From a virus: a DNA stretch of 64,000 nt. The translations under genes and the position numbers were made by a program. The number at the start of each line of letters is the position of its first letter. Position 1 is the first letter of the stretch. The notes below the pieces were generated by a model that was not told the origin of the DNA, made no database searches, and worked only from the letters and a program-made list of their open reading frames with translations. The stretch covers positions 12,733 through 76,732 of the IMG/VR virus record IMGVR_UViG_3300010885_015027. The stretch is one strand, 5' to 3'. Of this stretch, positions 19,800-29,566 are shown in pieces.

Positions 19800-21203
19800 A
19801 TGAATGTTGAACACCTGGTTTTAAAAAATCTATTACATAATGAAGAATTTGTACGATCTGTATTGCCATTCATAAAACAAGAATATTTTTCTGATTCTAA
19901 TGATCGGGCAATATTTAATTTTATCAAAACATTCGTTAATGAATACAATAAACAAGCTACTCCAGAAGCCATTAAAATTTTGGCTTCTGAATCCAAAAAG
20001 ATTAGGATTGAAGATGCAGAAGTAATCTCTAATTTATTGGATTCTTGGCATACTTCTGAATCCACAGAATTAGCTTTCTTGATTAATCAGACAGAAATCT
20101 TTTGTAAAGATAAAGCTCTGCATAATGCGATCTTAGATTCTATCAAAATCATCACTGATGTTAAAGACACTAGAGAAAAAGGATCAATTCCTGAGATCTT
20201 AAAAGAAGCACTTGCTATTACTTTTGATCCTTCAGTTGGCCATGATTTAGTTTGTGATGCTGAAACGAGATACGATTTCTATCATAAGAAAGAAGAAAGA
20301 ATTCGTTTTGATATTCAGAATTTAAATTATATTACCGGAGGAGGAATCCCTCGTAAAACACTTAACATTATTGTAGCTGGTGTGAATGTTGGAAAATCAC
20401 TTGCAATGTGTCATATGGCTTCTGCTAATATGATTAATGGCAAGAATGTGTTGTATATTACATGTGAAATGGCTGAAGAAAGAATTGCTGAAAGAATCGA
20501 TGCCAATCTTCTAGATCTTTCGTTAGATACTTTGCGACAAGTAACAAAGAAACAATTTATGTCATTGATTGACAATCTAAAGAATAGAACTACTGGTAAA
20601 TTGGTTATCAAGGAATACCCTACTGGTTCTGCGAACGTATCGCATTTTAGATATCTTCTACATGAACTTGCCATTAAGAAGAATTTTATCCCAGATATTA
20701 TCTATATTGATTATTTGAATATCTGTTCTTCGTCAAGAATTAAAAATAACGGACTAGCTAATTCTTATACATTAGTTAAATCTATTGCTGAAGAAGTTCG
20801 TGGATTAGCTGTTGAGGCGAATCTACCAATTGTTACAGCAACACAATTTACAAGATCTGGCGCTTCTGATTCTGATGCTGATATGTCTGATATTGCAGAA
20901 AGTTTCGGAGTTGCCGCCACTGCCGATTTAGCAATTGCTCTGATTAATACTGAAGAATTAGAAACTCTTGGTCAATTAATGATTAAACAATTGAAGAATA
21001 GATATAATGATGTGACCAAGAATAAGAAATTCTTAGTTGGGATTGACAGAAGCAAGATGAGGCTTTTTGATATTGGGGATATTCAAATTGATGATAGTGA
21101 TAGCGGTTTACATGATCCTTATAAAGATCATTCGTATGGTAAAACGCAGAGCTCTTCAGGTGGGTCTTCTTATAAGAAGAATTTTGACGGGTTTAAATTC
21201 TGA
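19800..21203 (+). CDS. 41: replicative helicase gp41
   Basis: AGVNVGKS, EMAEERIAERIDAN, IKEYPT, DYLNIC, QLKNRY. Confidence 0.96.
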   Translation: MNVEHLVLKNLLHNEEFVRSVLPFIKQEYFSDSNDRAIFNFIKTFVNEYNKQATPEAIKILASESKKIRIEDAEVISNLLDSWHTSESTELAFLINQTEIFCKDKALHNAILDSIKIITDVKDTREKGSIPEILKEALAITFDPSVGHDLVCDAETRYDFYHKKEERIRFDIQNLNYITGGGIPRKTLNIIVAGVNVGKSLAMCHMASANMINGKNVLYITCEMAEERIAERIDANLLDLSLDTLRQVTKKQFMSLIDNLKNRTTGKLVIKEYPTGSANVSHFRYLLHELAIKKNFIPDIIYIDYLNICSSSRIKNNGLANSYTLVKSIAEEVRGLAVEANLPIVTATQFTRSGASDSDADMSDIAESFGVAATADLAIALINTEELETLGQLMIKQLKNRYNDVTKNKKFLVGIDRSKMRLFDIGDIQIDDSDSGLHDPYKDHSYGKTQSSSGGSSYKKNFDGFKF

Positions 21204-21212
21204 TAAAATGAA

Positions 21213-21232
21213 AGGGAACCTTACGGTTCCCT
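21213..21232. terminator. hairpin between convergent genes 41 and rnlA
   Basis: AGGGAACC-TTAC-GGTTCCCT. Confidence 0.65.
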
Positions 21233-22357
21233 GTAATTTAAACGTTCTACGAGAATATCTAAAACTTTTTCCGGTTGCATAATAGACAACCAATCTACTG
21301 CCGTATTAATCTTTCCAGATCTTCTCATATAGAAATATGAGTGTATTTGTAGATTGAAAGTTTTCTGAACAAAAAGAGCGAATTCTTTCTGAGTCTTATC
21401 AAGCCACTTTTCTTCTACGATATCAGAATCCCATTCAGCATCCAGGAGTTCCGCAGTCCTATCCAAATATATTTTAATATCATCGAATCTAATTTTAAGA
21501 TCAGGAAAATAAGCAAATAATTCAGAATCTTCCCCAGTACGGATTAGCTCAATAATCCGGATATCATTGAGACAATTCTTAGAGTGATGAATTAAAACAT
21601 ATTTCTCAGATTTAACTTTGATCCGATTAAAGTTCTTATCAACAAGAACAAATCCTTCTTGTTGCGAAGGATCCAATTCTTTCGCCGCAATCAAGATCTC
21701 TTCGATGGTTGTCATGGGAAATGACCGGACAACATCAAAACACTCACGATATAAATTAACTGGAAACTCGACACCAGTTTCGTTATCACGAACACCGATA
21801 AGAGTTAATTTTCCATTATTGGATAACTGGGAGGTAACGATGCGATTATATTTTGATGTTAATTCGAATAGATAAGTGTTCCTAGGATCCAGATTTGCAG
21901 TTGCGGAATAAGCCTGCTTATGGAAAGTTTCCCAGAATAGCTCGGCGAAAGTGAATGGATGATCTCCCACAGTTCCATTGGCAGCAGGAGATCCTTTGGT
22001 GGCAACATTCCACTTACCAACATAATGATACAAGATCATTAATGATCCATCAATCTTCTCCTGCGCAACAAATGCGGACCAATCAAACGTGCCGCCATCA
22101 ATGACGTCCTCACCCCAATTAAAGAAACGATCAAATGGGCGAGAGATTACTTTCCAGTCATTAGCACGATCAAGAATGATTCCACGAGATTCCCGAACCA
22201 TCGGATGATCTTTAATTTTCGAAGAACTAATTTGATCATATGTGAATTGGTATAGATCTGGATAATCATTATGTTGTTTTGAGAAGATACCATATTCCGA
22301 TGATAACTTCAACCGATCACCGTGATTATCTAACAGAAATTTCTGCAGTGTTAACAT
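21221..22357 (-). CDS. rnlA: RNA ligase 1
   Basis: ESRGII, RFFNWGE, EKIDGSL (motif I), EGFVL, KVKS. Confidence 0.9.
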   Translation of the reverse strand: MLTLQKFLLDNHGDRLKLSSEYGIFSKQHNDYPDLYQFTYDQISSSKIKDHPMVRESRGIILDRANDWKVISRPFDRFFNWGEDVIDGGTFDWSAFVAQEKIDGSLMILYHYVGKWNVATKGSPAANGTVGDHPFTFAELFWETFHKQAYSATANLDPRNTYLFELTSKYNRIVTSQLSNNGKLTLIGVRDNETGVEFPVNLYRECFDVVRSFPMTTIEEILIAAKELDPSQQEGFVLVDKNFNRIKVKSEKYVLIHHSKNCLNDIRIIELIRTGEDSELFAYFPDLKIRFDDIKIYLDRTAELLDAEWDSDIVEEKWLDKTQKEFALFVQKTFNLQIHSYFYMRRSGKINTAVDWLSIMQPEKVLDILVERLNYREP

Positions 22358-22386
22358 ATTAATGTCCTAAAATTTTATTTAGTTTG

Positions 22387-22665
22387 TCAAAACATATCTA
22401 CGAAAATTGTATTCTTATTATTTCTCATTTCTTCGACCCAGGTCAAAAATTCATAGATTGCGGATTGATTGTAATACCGATTTTCTGATCCGAAACGTAC
22501 TGCGAGACTTTCCATTTCATCTACACATTGTTGAATCGGATCTGGTGAATTGATAATGCGTGAGGAGGTAGCCCAATTAAATTGAGGAATCGGAGCTTCT
22601 TCGATCATTTCTCCGAAGATAAGATCATTATCTGTCTGCGTGAAAAACTTAACATTCATGCTCAT
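22387..22665 (-). CDS. hypothetical early protein
   Basis: ORF in leftward early operon. Confidence 0.55.
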   Translation of the reverse strand: MSMNVKFFTQTDNDLIFGEMIEEAPIPQFNWATSSRIINSPDPIQQCVDEMESLAVRFGSENRYYNQSAIYEFLTWVEEMRNNKNTIFVDMF

Positions 22666-22675
22666 AATAGTAGTT

Positions 22676-22957
22676 CTAGAAAAGGCAACCGTTGAGTTCC
22701 CATTGATCTAATGTTTCTTCGATTTCAGAATCAGAATCAGAGTCGTCGTAATAAATTCCAAATAGATCATCTGGAAGATCTAAATCGATTAACTCGTTTT
22801 CGTGTTGATCACGATAATGTCTAGCCCAACGTTGCAGTCGGCGACATTCAAAACGCATAAAGAAATCGCCTCCGTCATATTTCTTGATCAATAGTACATT
22901 TACTGCATCGTCAATCGCCATCAAAAAAAGTTCACGATGATTTGTTGGATATTTCAT
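22676..22957 (-). CDS. hypothetical early protein
   Basis: ORF in leftward early operon. Confidence 0.55.
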   Translation of the reverse strand: MKYPTNHRELFLMAIDDAVNVLLIKKYDGGDFFMRFECRRLQRWARHYRDQHENELIDLDLPDDLFGIYYDDSDSDSEIEETLDQWELNGCLF

Positions 22958-23018
22958 ATTAAAAATTTAGATCCTCTAGTTAATTCTTCTAGACAAAACA
23001 CATGTTCAAATCGAATAT

Positions 23019-23345
23019 TTAACATTCAAATATAGCTTCAAGAAAATCGTCAGCAAGGGCAAGATCCGGATACTTCTCAATTAACATCATTTTAATATCA
23101 TAGTCGCCAGCGGAAAATTCATTCAGATCTTCAATACTGAGAAGAGCTAATGTCTTTTCAATTTTCTCAATCTGATCAAGATCGAACGATCTAGAAACTT
23201 CACGATTCTCCGCATCAGACCAAACCTTATAGGACTTCTTGACAGTTTGGGACTTCGTTTGACGGAGGTCTTCATCCGCACGAAGAAAATTAATCGCAGC
23301 GAGAAGAACGGGGCAATTCATTTTAGTGATAATAATCTTTTCCAT
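23019..23345 (-). CDS. early protein sharing a helical domain with the 49037-50923 family (start revised from 23375)
   Basis: TTGCTT-N17-TACAAT-N6-ATG; FDLDQIE...EFSAGD...KYPDLALADDFL. Confidence 0.7.
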   Translation of the reverse strand: MEKIIITKMNCPVLLAAINFLRADEDLRQTKSQTVKKSYKVWSDAENREVSRSFDLDQIEKIEKTLALLSIEDLNEFSAGDYDIKMMLIEKYPDLALADDFLEAIFEC

Positions 23346-23395
23346 AGAACCATTGTACCTTATTGGAACACCCAAAGCAAGGGAATCTCGAAACT

Positions 23396-23646
23396 ATATT
23401 CTATTTAGTTTCAATCACTTGCACCAAGTCGTTGAAAACAAAGGAGATATAGTTTTGTGATCTCTGTGGACGATTTATTGCGATCCAACGTACCCTAGGA
23501 CCTCCAAAGCCCACCGATTCGTTGCAGCTCATCTGGAGGATCGTGAGAGGATCGTGAGAACGATCAAGACCAAATTAACCAAGAATAAACTGTATCTCCT
23601 TCTGAATCAGTCACTTGCAAGGAGTCACTGAAAACAAAGGAGATAT
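23396..23646. repeat. paired 55-bp palindromes (23396-23450, 23592-23646) flanking a ~140-bp spacer, between divergent early promoters
   Basis: same arms as 4530-4795; spacer shares CCAAAGC..ACCGATTCGTTGCAGCTCATCTGGAGGATCGT. Confidence 0.9.
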
Positions 23647-23698
23647 TCTTTCGAGGCCTCCTTGCTATTGATGTTCCACTAAGGTATAATGGTTCTAT

Positions 23699-24451
23699 AT
23701 GAAAAAGTTAACTGCTGACGAATATCGCCAACTTTCTCGTGGTCAGATTCAAGAGCGTGAGGATTCGTTCGATCGATGCGACACCGATGGATTTCTCTCT
23801 CAATGGGCTTCGGGTATCAATTCAAATCTGAATCTGAGATTAGCCGAATTGGCTGAAGCTGGATGGGTTTCTGAATTTCCTGGTCTTTTCGACATCAAAA
23901 CTGGTGAGCGTGTTCAAGCAAAGATTATCTATGTCAAAGATCGGTTCTCTTATAATGGTGCTCTGAAGTCACTTTGGGCGATTATCGATCCCAAAACTGA
24001 AAAGTTCACTGGCGTCTTTCTTCCTGAAGGCGAAAATTCTCGAAAGCAGAAGAAACTAGGATTCTTTCAGAAGAAAGAAATCGCCCCTGCTTATGCCAAA
24101 ATCGACGGCGTTGGTCGTGGTCTTTCCGGTTCGGTTTGGATTTCTGTGTATCGCACAGATGGTGGTTATCCCAAGGAGATGCGATCGGCGGTCACGACAC
24201 GTGAAGAAGTTGTTGAATATATCATCCAGAATAAAACGGATAATCTTGAGTTGATTTCAACCTCGAATAAAGTTTCTTCCAACGGAAAGGACTATATTCA
24301 GATATCCTTCAAAAATGGAAATTGTGGGATTTTGCTCGATGTTTATGGGCCGAAGTTTATTCTTGGTAAACAAACCATCGATCGTTCTGCTCGACCCACA
24401 TTTAATTCTATCGATGATACTCTTGAGTATATTAATCGGACCCGTGAATAG
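23699..24451 (+). CDS. hypothetical early protein
   Basis: TTGCTA-N17-TATAAT 8 nt before ATG; SFDRCDTDGFLSQWASG motif. Confidence 0.75.
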   Translation: MKKLTADEYRQLSRGQIQEREDSFDRCDTDGFLSQWASGINSNLNLRLAELAEAGWVSEFPGLFDIKTGERVQAKIIYVKDRFSYNGALKSLWAIIDPKTEKFTGVFLPEGENSRKQKKLGFFQKKEIAPAYAKIDGVGRGLSGSVWISVYRTDGGYPKEMRSAVTTREEVVEYIIQNKTDNLELISTSNKVSSNGKDYIQISFKNGNCGILLDVYGPKFILGKQTIDRSARPTFNSIDDTLEYINRTRE

Positions 24452-24482
24452 TCTTGCTTGATTAAACGAAAATGGAGTTATT

Positions 24483-24734
24483 ATGTCTAATCTTAGTATC
24501 CCATACAGAATAATTAGATGGGCGATTTTTCGCCTGGAAATTTTATTACATCACACACCAGAAGATCGTGCTCTTGTAGAAGTTAGGGCAAATATCCAAG
24601 ACAGAAAAGGGTGTGTCGACACACACCGTGCTGTAGTGAGTAATCTATTCGGAGAGTATTCTCAAGAACTGAGAGATATTAATACACTCATACGATTTCA
24701 AGAGTTTAAGAACAAGAGAAAAGATGGCCTGTAA
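24483..24734 (+). CDS. hypothetical protein
   Basis: GGAG SD. Confidence 0.55.
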   Translation: MSNLSIPYRIIRWAIFRLEILLHHTPEDRALVEVRANIQDRKGCVDTHRAVVSNLFGEYSQELRDINTLIRFQEFKNKRKDGL

Positions 24735-24742
24735 CAAAGATC

Positions 24743-25180
24743 ATGATTACAACCGACCAGGGAATCAACAATCTAGAAATTCTGATGGATTTCATCCAAC
24801 AAACTCTGTCCACAGAAATAAATTTTTTCCCATTCGGTGAGGATAATAACGAATTTCCTGTAGACGCTTGTGTGTTTCTGTGTGAAGGTTCACATGTTAT
24901 TGACATTTATGTTGATGATATATCCTCTAATCTTGAGGCTATAATATCTTGTCTAATACATGAGATGGGTCATATTCTGTGTTATGAACAAGTTGGAAAT
25001 AATCACACTGAACAGGACGCTTGGGACGCCGCAGTACTGGGTCTTCCGAAAGAATTAATCCCAGAAACATTCGAAGGAATTAAGGAATATTCTCTTTCAG
25101 AATATGATGAAATAGAAGAGGATAGTAATCGACATCCCAATTTATTCAATATTTTATATAATTTCCTGAATTATAAATAA
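24743..25180 (+). CDS. HEXXH zinc metallopeptidase-like protein (paralog of 11157-11555)
   Basis: LIHEMGH...HTEQDAW. Confidence 0.65.
   Translation: MITTDQGINNLEILMDFIQQTLSTEINFFPFGEDNNEFPVDACVFLCEGSHVIDIYVDDISSNLEAIISCLIHEMGHILCYEQVGNNHTEQDAWDAAVLGLPKELIPETFEGIKEYSLSEYDEIEEDSNRHPNLFNILYNFLNYK
25172..25179 (+). promoter_or_regulatory. T4-type late promoter upstream of the tmRNA
   Basis: TATAAATA. Confidence 0.7.
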
Positions 25181-25184
25181 TATT

Positions 25185-25450
25185 TGTTGAGTGATGATCT
25201 AGACTGAAAGCTTCTTGGACGGGAGTTCGACTCTCCCCTCATCCACCAAAAGTACATTCGATACGAGAGTGTATTTTTGATGGGTGAGCAATTGGTTTCG
25301 ACAGGATGAACTAGGAACAGGGAATTCAACCAGTAGACGACTACTGTAACAAGCGTAAACTATAACTGTCAATACAAATGTAATGGCAATGAGTGCCGCA
25401 GCTTAGGCTGTAACACTCGGGGGAATTATCCCTTGCAACAGAAAATAATT
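25185..25450 (+). ncRNA. ssrA: circularly permuted (two-piece) tmRNA; tag reading frame 25368-25406
   Basis: T-arm GGGAG-TTCGACT-CTCCC plus CTCATCC-A-CCA (25221-25248) lies before the 5' strand GGGTGAG...TTCGAC (from 25282); 7-bp acceptor stem with G3:U70; pk1; tag VNTNVMAMSAAA-TAG. Confidence 0.92.
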
Positions 25451-25452
25451 GA

Positions 25453-25482
25453 AAAATGGAGGGACCCAAATCCCTCCATTTT
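25453..25482 (+). terminator. terminator after tmRNA
   Basis: AAAATGGAGGGA...TCCCTCCATTTT. Confidence 0.8.
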
Positions 25483-25565
25483 CACATTTGAAATACAAGA
25501 CTGATTATAGTAGCAATTTAAAGCTAAATATATGTGTTCTTATGTAATTTAAAGAGACGTGAACC

Positions 25566-26678
25566 ATGAAACCCACCCCACTAATATTAATCGCACATAA
25601 AGATTCAAAAGTACACCACCCAAATGCTTGTCATATTGGTTTAGGTGTAACAGCCAATAACACAGCCAATTTCTTAAACAAATATAACATTCCAGCGATA
25701 GCAGTATCTGTAATTGATGGATATGATCTTAGGGATGGATTGATAGATAATAGATGGGGAAACGTGACACATGTTGTTATGTGTGCGCCATTTTTTGATA
25801 CACAATTCTTACATAATTTATGTTTAAAATTTCCAGATATAAGATTTACAATAACATATCACTCTAATGCTGGATTTCTTGGTGTTGATCAATGGGCAAT
25901 GGGTGTTATCGGGGAACAGATAACAGAACAATCATTATGCTCAAATTTTAATGTTTCCGTTAACAGTAAGAAATTCGCTAATGTCTTGAATAAGATATAC
26001 GACACTCAACCTATAAATGTATTGCCCAATTTGTATACATTAAATTCAAATACCATTTATCCTGTTAAGAAGAAGTGGACGAATAGAAAGATTCTTAAGA
26101 TTGGTACTTTTTGTGCAATCAGATCTCTTAAAAATATTCCAACAGCAGCATTTGCGGCCGCAATATTATGTAAGAAATATGGAATTACAGTAGAATTTTG
26201 TATTATGAAAGGAAGAGAAGAAGACATATTAGCAGAAAAGATTGTCAACGGAATAGAGAGATTATTTTCTCATATTCCTAATCTAAGATTGGTACAATAC
26301 GGGTGGCGTGAATGGAATGCATTTAGGGATGAAGTTGTGTCTGAGATGGATATTCTAATTCAGACTTCTTTCACAGAAAGTTTTAATATTGTGACAGCTG
26401 ATGGTATTTATTGTGGTATTCCTTCTGTTGTTGGTGAAGCTATTGATTGGATTCCAAATTATTGGAAAGCAAATGTTGATGATGCAGCTGATGTTGCGAG
26501 AGTAGCAGAAAAATTAATGTTTACTGATTCTACATCAGACGACGGGTATGCGAAATTAGTCGATCATAATAATGAAGCATTAGAATTATGGAAGGCTTGG
26601 ATTACACCTCCTCACCCAGAAAAGAAGAATTGTTATATTAAGAAATTCTTTGGAAAGCTTAAAAATATATTTTCATGA
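25566..26678 (+). CDS. GT-B (GT4-like) glycosyltransferase
   Basis: RSLKN and MDILIQTSFTESFNIVTADG...GIPSV signature. Confidence 0.72.
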   Translation: MKPTPLILIAHKDSKVHHPNACHIGLGVTANNTANFLNKYNIPAIAVSVIDGYDLRDGLIDNRWGNVTHVVMCAPFFDTQFLHNLCLKFPDIRFTITYHSNAGFLGVDQWAMGVIGEQITEQSLCSNFNVSVNSKKFANVLNKIYDTQPINVLPNLYTLNSNTIYPVKKKWTNRKILKIGTFCAIRSLKNIPTAAFAAAILCKKYGITVEFCIMKGREEDILAEKIVNGIERLFSHIPNLRLVQYGWREWNAFRDEVVSEMDILIQTSFTESFNIVTADGIYCGIPSVVGEAIDWIPNYWKANVDDAADVARVAEKLMFTDSTSDDGYAKLVDHNNEALELWKAWITPPHPEKKNCYIKKFFGKLKNIFS

Positions 26679-26765
26679 ATCATCCATTGTCCAGAAGACT
26701 TACTAAGAATTATATACAGAAGTTCTGATTAGAAGAGCATTACTCTTAGCAACAGAAAATAATTG

Positions 26766-26789
26766 ATGGTGTCGCTTCGGTGACACCAT
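26766..26789 (+). terminator. hairpin with TTCG loop
   Basis: ATGGTGTCGC-TTCG-GTGACACCAT. Confidence 0.55.
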
Positions 26790-26831
26790 TCACGCATTAA
26801 TACAATAAATAAATTTAGGAGGAATAATTAC

Positions 26832-27851
26832 ATGATCCTAAATTCTAAAAATCTTTCCGGAAAAGCAAAAGAACTGCAAGATCGCTTGAATTCTGTTGTT
26901 GTAGGTCAAGAAGAAGCTGTTAAAGAATTAGCAATTACTACACAAAAATTCTTCCATGGTCTATCTGATCCTAAGAAACCAATTACATCATTATTCTTTG
27001 CGGGAAAAACTGGTTGCGGTAAAACCAAAGTTGCAGAAGAATTGGCAAAGTTTTTTGGTATAACTAAATTCATGAAAGTTAATTGTGGTGAATTCCAACA
27101 ATCTCATGAGATCGCCAAATTGATAGGTTCTCCTCCTGGTTATATTGGACACTCAGAAACTAAAGCTTTCTTCAATAAGAAAGATGTAGAAGGACATTCA
27201 CCAAATATAATATTATTTGATGAAGTCGAAAAGGCTACAGATTCTCTGTTCCATTTACTCCTCTCTATCTTAGATAAGGGTGAGATTAAATTAGGAAATA
27301 ATGATGTAGTAGATTTTAAAAATTGTTTTATTATCTTCACTTCAAATATTGGTGTAGAAGAAACAAAAAATAGATCTAAGAGAATAGGTTTCTTAGATAA
27401 TAAGATTGGTGAAGGTGAAGAAGACCTCCTATTGAATAAATCTATGAAATCTAAATTTCGTCCAGAATTTATCAATAGAATCGATTCTACCATACGTTTT
27501 AACACTCTATCAAAAGATCATATGAAGAAAATTCTTGAGTTAGAATTATCCAAAATTCAATATAGAATTATGTCTTCTAAAATTATTAAAAAGAAGATCT
27601 ATTTTGTTATGAATGCAGAAACGAAAAACTGGATAATCGATGAAGGATTTTCAGAAGAATTTGGTGCTAGAAATCTTAAGAGGATTATATCTAAGGCAAT
27701 AGAAATACCTCTCTCATGTGTCCTCGGAGACGGACAACTTGAATCGGGAGATGTTATTGAGATTAAAAAAATAGAAGGTGAAGAAGACCTTGTCTTCGAG
27801 AAAGCTCTGTTCAAGCGTTCCAATAATAAAATTCTATCATTAGAATACTAA
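26832..27851 (+). CDS. stand-alone ClpA/B/C-type AAA+ ATPase (NBD2 only) with IGF loop
   Basis: VVGQEEA, GKTGCGKT, GSPPGYIG pore loop, LFDEVEK, RIGFL, FRPEFINRID, FGARNLKR. Confidence 0.88.
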   Translation: MILNSKNLSGKAKELQDRLNSVVVGQEEAVKELAITTQKFFHGLSDPKKPITSLFFAGKTGCGKTKVAEELAKFFGITKFMKVNCGEFQQSHEIAKLIGSPPGYIGHSETKAFFNKKDVEGHSPNIILFDEVEKATDSLFHLLLSILDKGEIKLGNNDVVDFKNCFIIFTSNIGVEETKNRSKRIGFLDNKIGEGEEDLLLNKSMKSKFRPEFINRIDSTIRFNTLSKDHMKKILELELSKIQYRIMSSKIIKKKIYFVMNAETKNWIIDEGFSEEFGARNLKRIISKAIEIPLSCVLGDGQLESGDVIEIKKIEGEEDLVFEKALFKRSNNKILSLEY

Positions 27852-29566
27852 TCCACAGTTATTTTTGTGAAACCAGCGACTTTCGTGAATCTCAATATTC
27901 TGTCAAACTTATCTGTTATGTCCATTTTATGAGAAATAACGAAAGTGTTGGTTTCATCTTTACTAGATGTCAAGATTTTCAAGAATTCGTCTATTCCCAA
28001 TGAATCCAGTGATGAATCAAGAATCTCATCCAGGAGCAACAGATTAGTATTTGCTGCATTCTTCATCTTAGAAATTTCTCTCCAAGTAAACAGGATTGCA
28101 AGATCAATTCTCAGCTTCTCCCCTTCAGAAAATGAATGATACGTGAACGATTCCTTAGTTTTATTCTTAATCACTTCATCGAAATTTTCATCTAATGTGA
28201 AACTAACATAGAATTCCATTAATTGTAGATACTTGTTGATAATCTTATTCATTACAGGAAGATAATGGCGAATAATCTTAGTCTTGATTCCATCATCTTT
28301 CAATAGAATTGAAGCTATGGACTGTAGATGTTGTTTAGACAAACAAACATTGCGCTCTTCAGTTAGATTATCTAGTTCCTTCTTGATTAGAGAAGAATCT
28401 TCTTGAATCTTTCGCAAATCTTCTTGTTTCTTATTATGAAGATCTTTTATTTGCTTTGATAATTTTTTAATATATGCGTTGATAGAAGTCGTCTCGAATT
28501 CTTTCTGGGCAATTTCAATTTTTCTTGTTTTAACAACTTCTAGACTTTCATTAATAACATCTATTTCCCTAGAGATAATAGACATTTCAGTAGTACAAGA
28601 ATCTAATGTTTTGGTATACTTTAATAGATCTGTATTATGATTCTGAAGACTTTCTTGTTTAAAAGATTCTGGGATAGATTGTGTACACGTTGGACAATTA
28701 TCATTAAGGTTAAAGAACCGAATCTCTTTATTCAAGTTCTTCATCTTTTCTTTAAATGTTGCCGAGTATTGTGATAATTGTGATATCTTCTCAGTAAGTT
28801 TAGATAATTTAGAATCATTAATAATGATCTCTTGTATCTGATTCTGTAGGTCTTTAATCGATTCTTCTTTTGAAGATAATTGTAAGGTATTCCGTTGTAT
28901 TTCTTTTTCGATTTCTAAGATTTGATTATCTAGATTTGACGAAGAATCTGTTAACAGATTCGTGTGAATCTTAATCTTCTCTTTTGTGAGATCTAAACGA
29001 TATGATGCGTGTGTCAGATCTTCTTTTGTTTTCGATATCTTTGACTTGAGAATAACATTCATCTTAGAGAAAATATCAATGTCCAAAAGATTCTCTACAA
29101 TATTCCTTCTGTCGAATGGTGATAACTTCATGAACGGCATGTAAGTTGAACTTCCAATAACAATAATTTGTGTGAATGTTTTGTAATTCATCTTCAAGAT
29201 ATTTGTTTCAAGGAACTCTTGATAGTCTTTAGACATAGCATCTTGATTTAATAATTTCTTATTCTCAAAGATCTCAAAGATATTCGGTTTCATACCACGT
29301 CTGACTAGATATGAATCCGAATTGATTGTGAAAGTAATCTCAATTAAAAGATCAGAATTATTAGTTGAGTTAATGAGCTGCGGTTTATTAATTTTTCTGA
29401 ACGGTTTACCATAGAGAACAAATGTCAGGGCATCAAGGATAGAACTTTTACCTTCCCCATTTTTTCCAATGCAGATATTAGTTTTAGAAGAATTCAAAAC
29501 AACTTCGTTGAATGTATTACCAGTAGATAAGATATTCTTGTATTTAATTTTTTCAAAGACGATCAT
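27848..29566 (-). CDS. 46: recombination exonuclease ATPase subunit gp46 (Rad50-like)
   Basis: GKNGEGKS, CPTC hook, FSEGE, LLDE. Confidence 0.96.
   Translation of the reverse strand: MIVFEKIKYKNILSTGNTFNEVVLNSSKTNICIGKNGEGKSSILDALTFVLYGKPFRKINKPQLINSTNNSDLLIEITFTINSDSYLVRRGMKPNIFEIFENKKLLNQDAMSKDYQEFLETNILKMNYKTFTQIIVIGSSTYMPFMKLSPFDRRNIVENLLDIDIFSKMNVILKSKISKTKEDLTHASYRLDLTKEKIKIHTNLLTDSSSNLDNQILEIEKEIQRNTLQLSSKEESIKDLQNQIQEIIINDSKLSKLTEKISQLSQYSATFKEKMKNLNKEIRFFNLNDNCPTCTQSIPESFKQESLQNHNTDLLKYTKTLDSCTTEMSIISREIDVINESLEVVKTRKIEIAQKEFETTSINAYIKKLSKQIKDLHNKKQEDLRKIQEDSSLIKKELDNLTEERNVCLSKQHLQSIASILLKDDGIKTKIIRHYLPVMNKIINKYLQLMEFYVSFTLDENFDEVIKNKTKESFTYHSFSEGEKLRIDLAILFTWREISKMKNAANTNLLLLDEILDSSLDSLGIDEFLKILTSSKDETNTFVISHKMDITDKFDRILRFTKVAGFTKITVD

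Noticed and set aside
25221-25248. tRNA gene
   Set aside because: The T-arm and CCA have no upstream D or anticodon arms; the pairing 5' strand lies downstream, so it is the permuted tmRNA.
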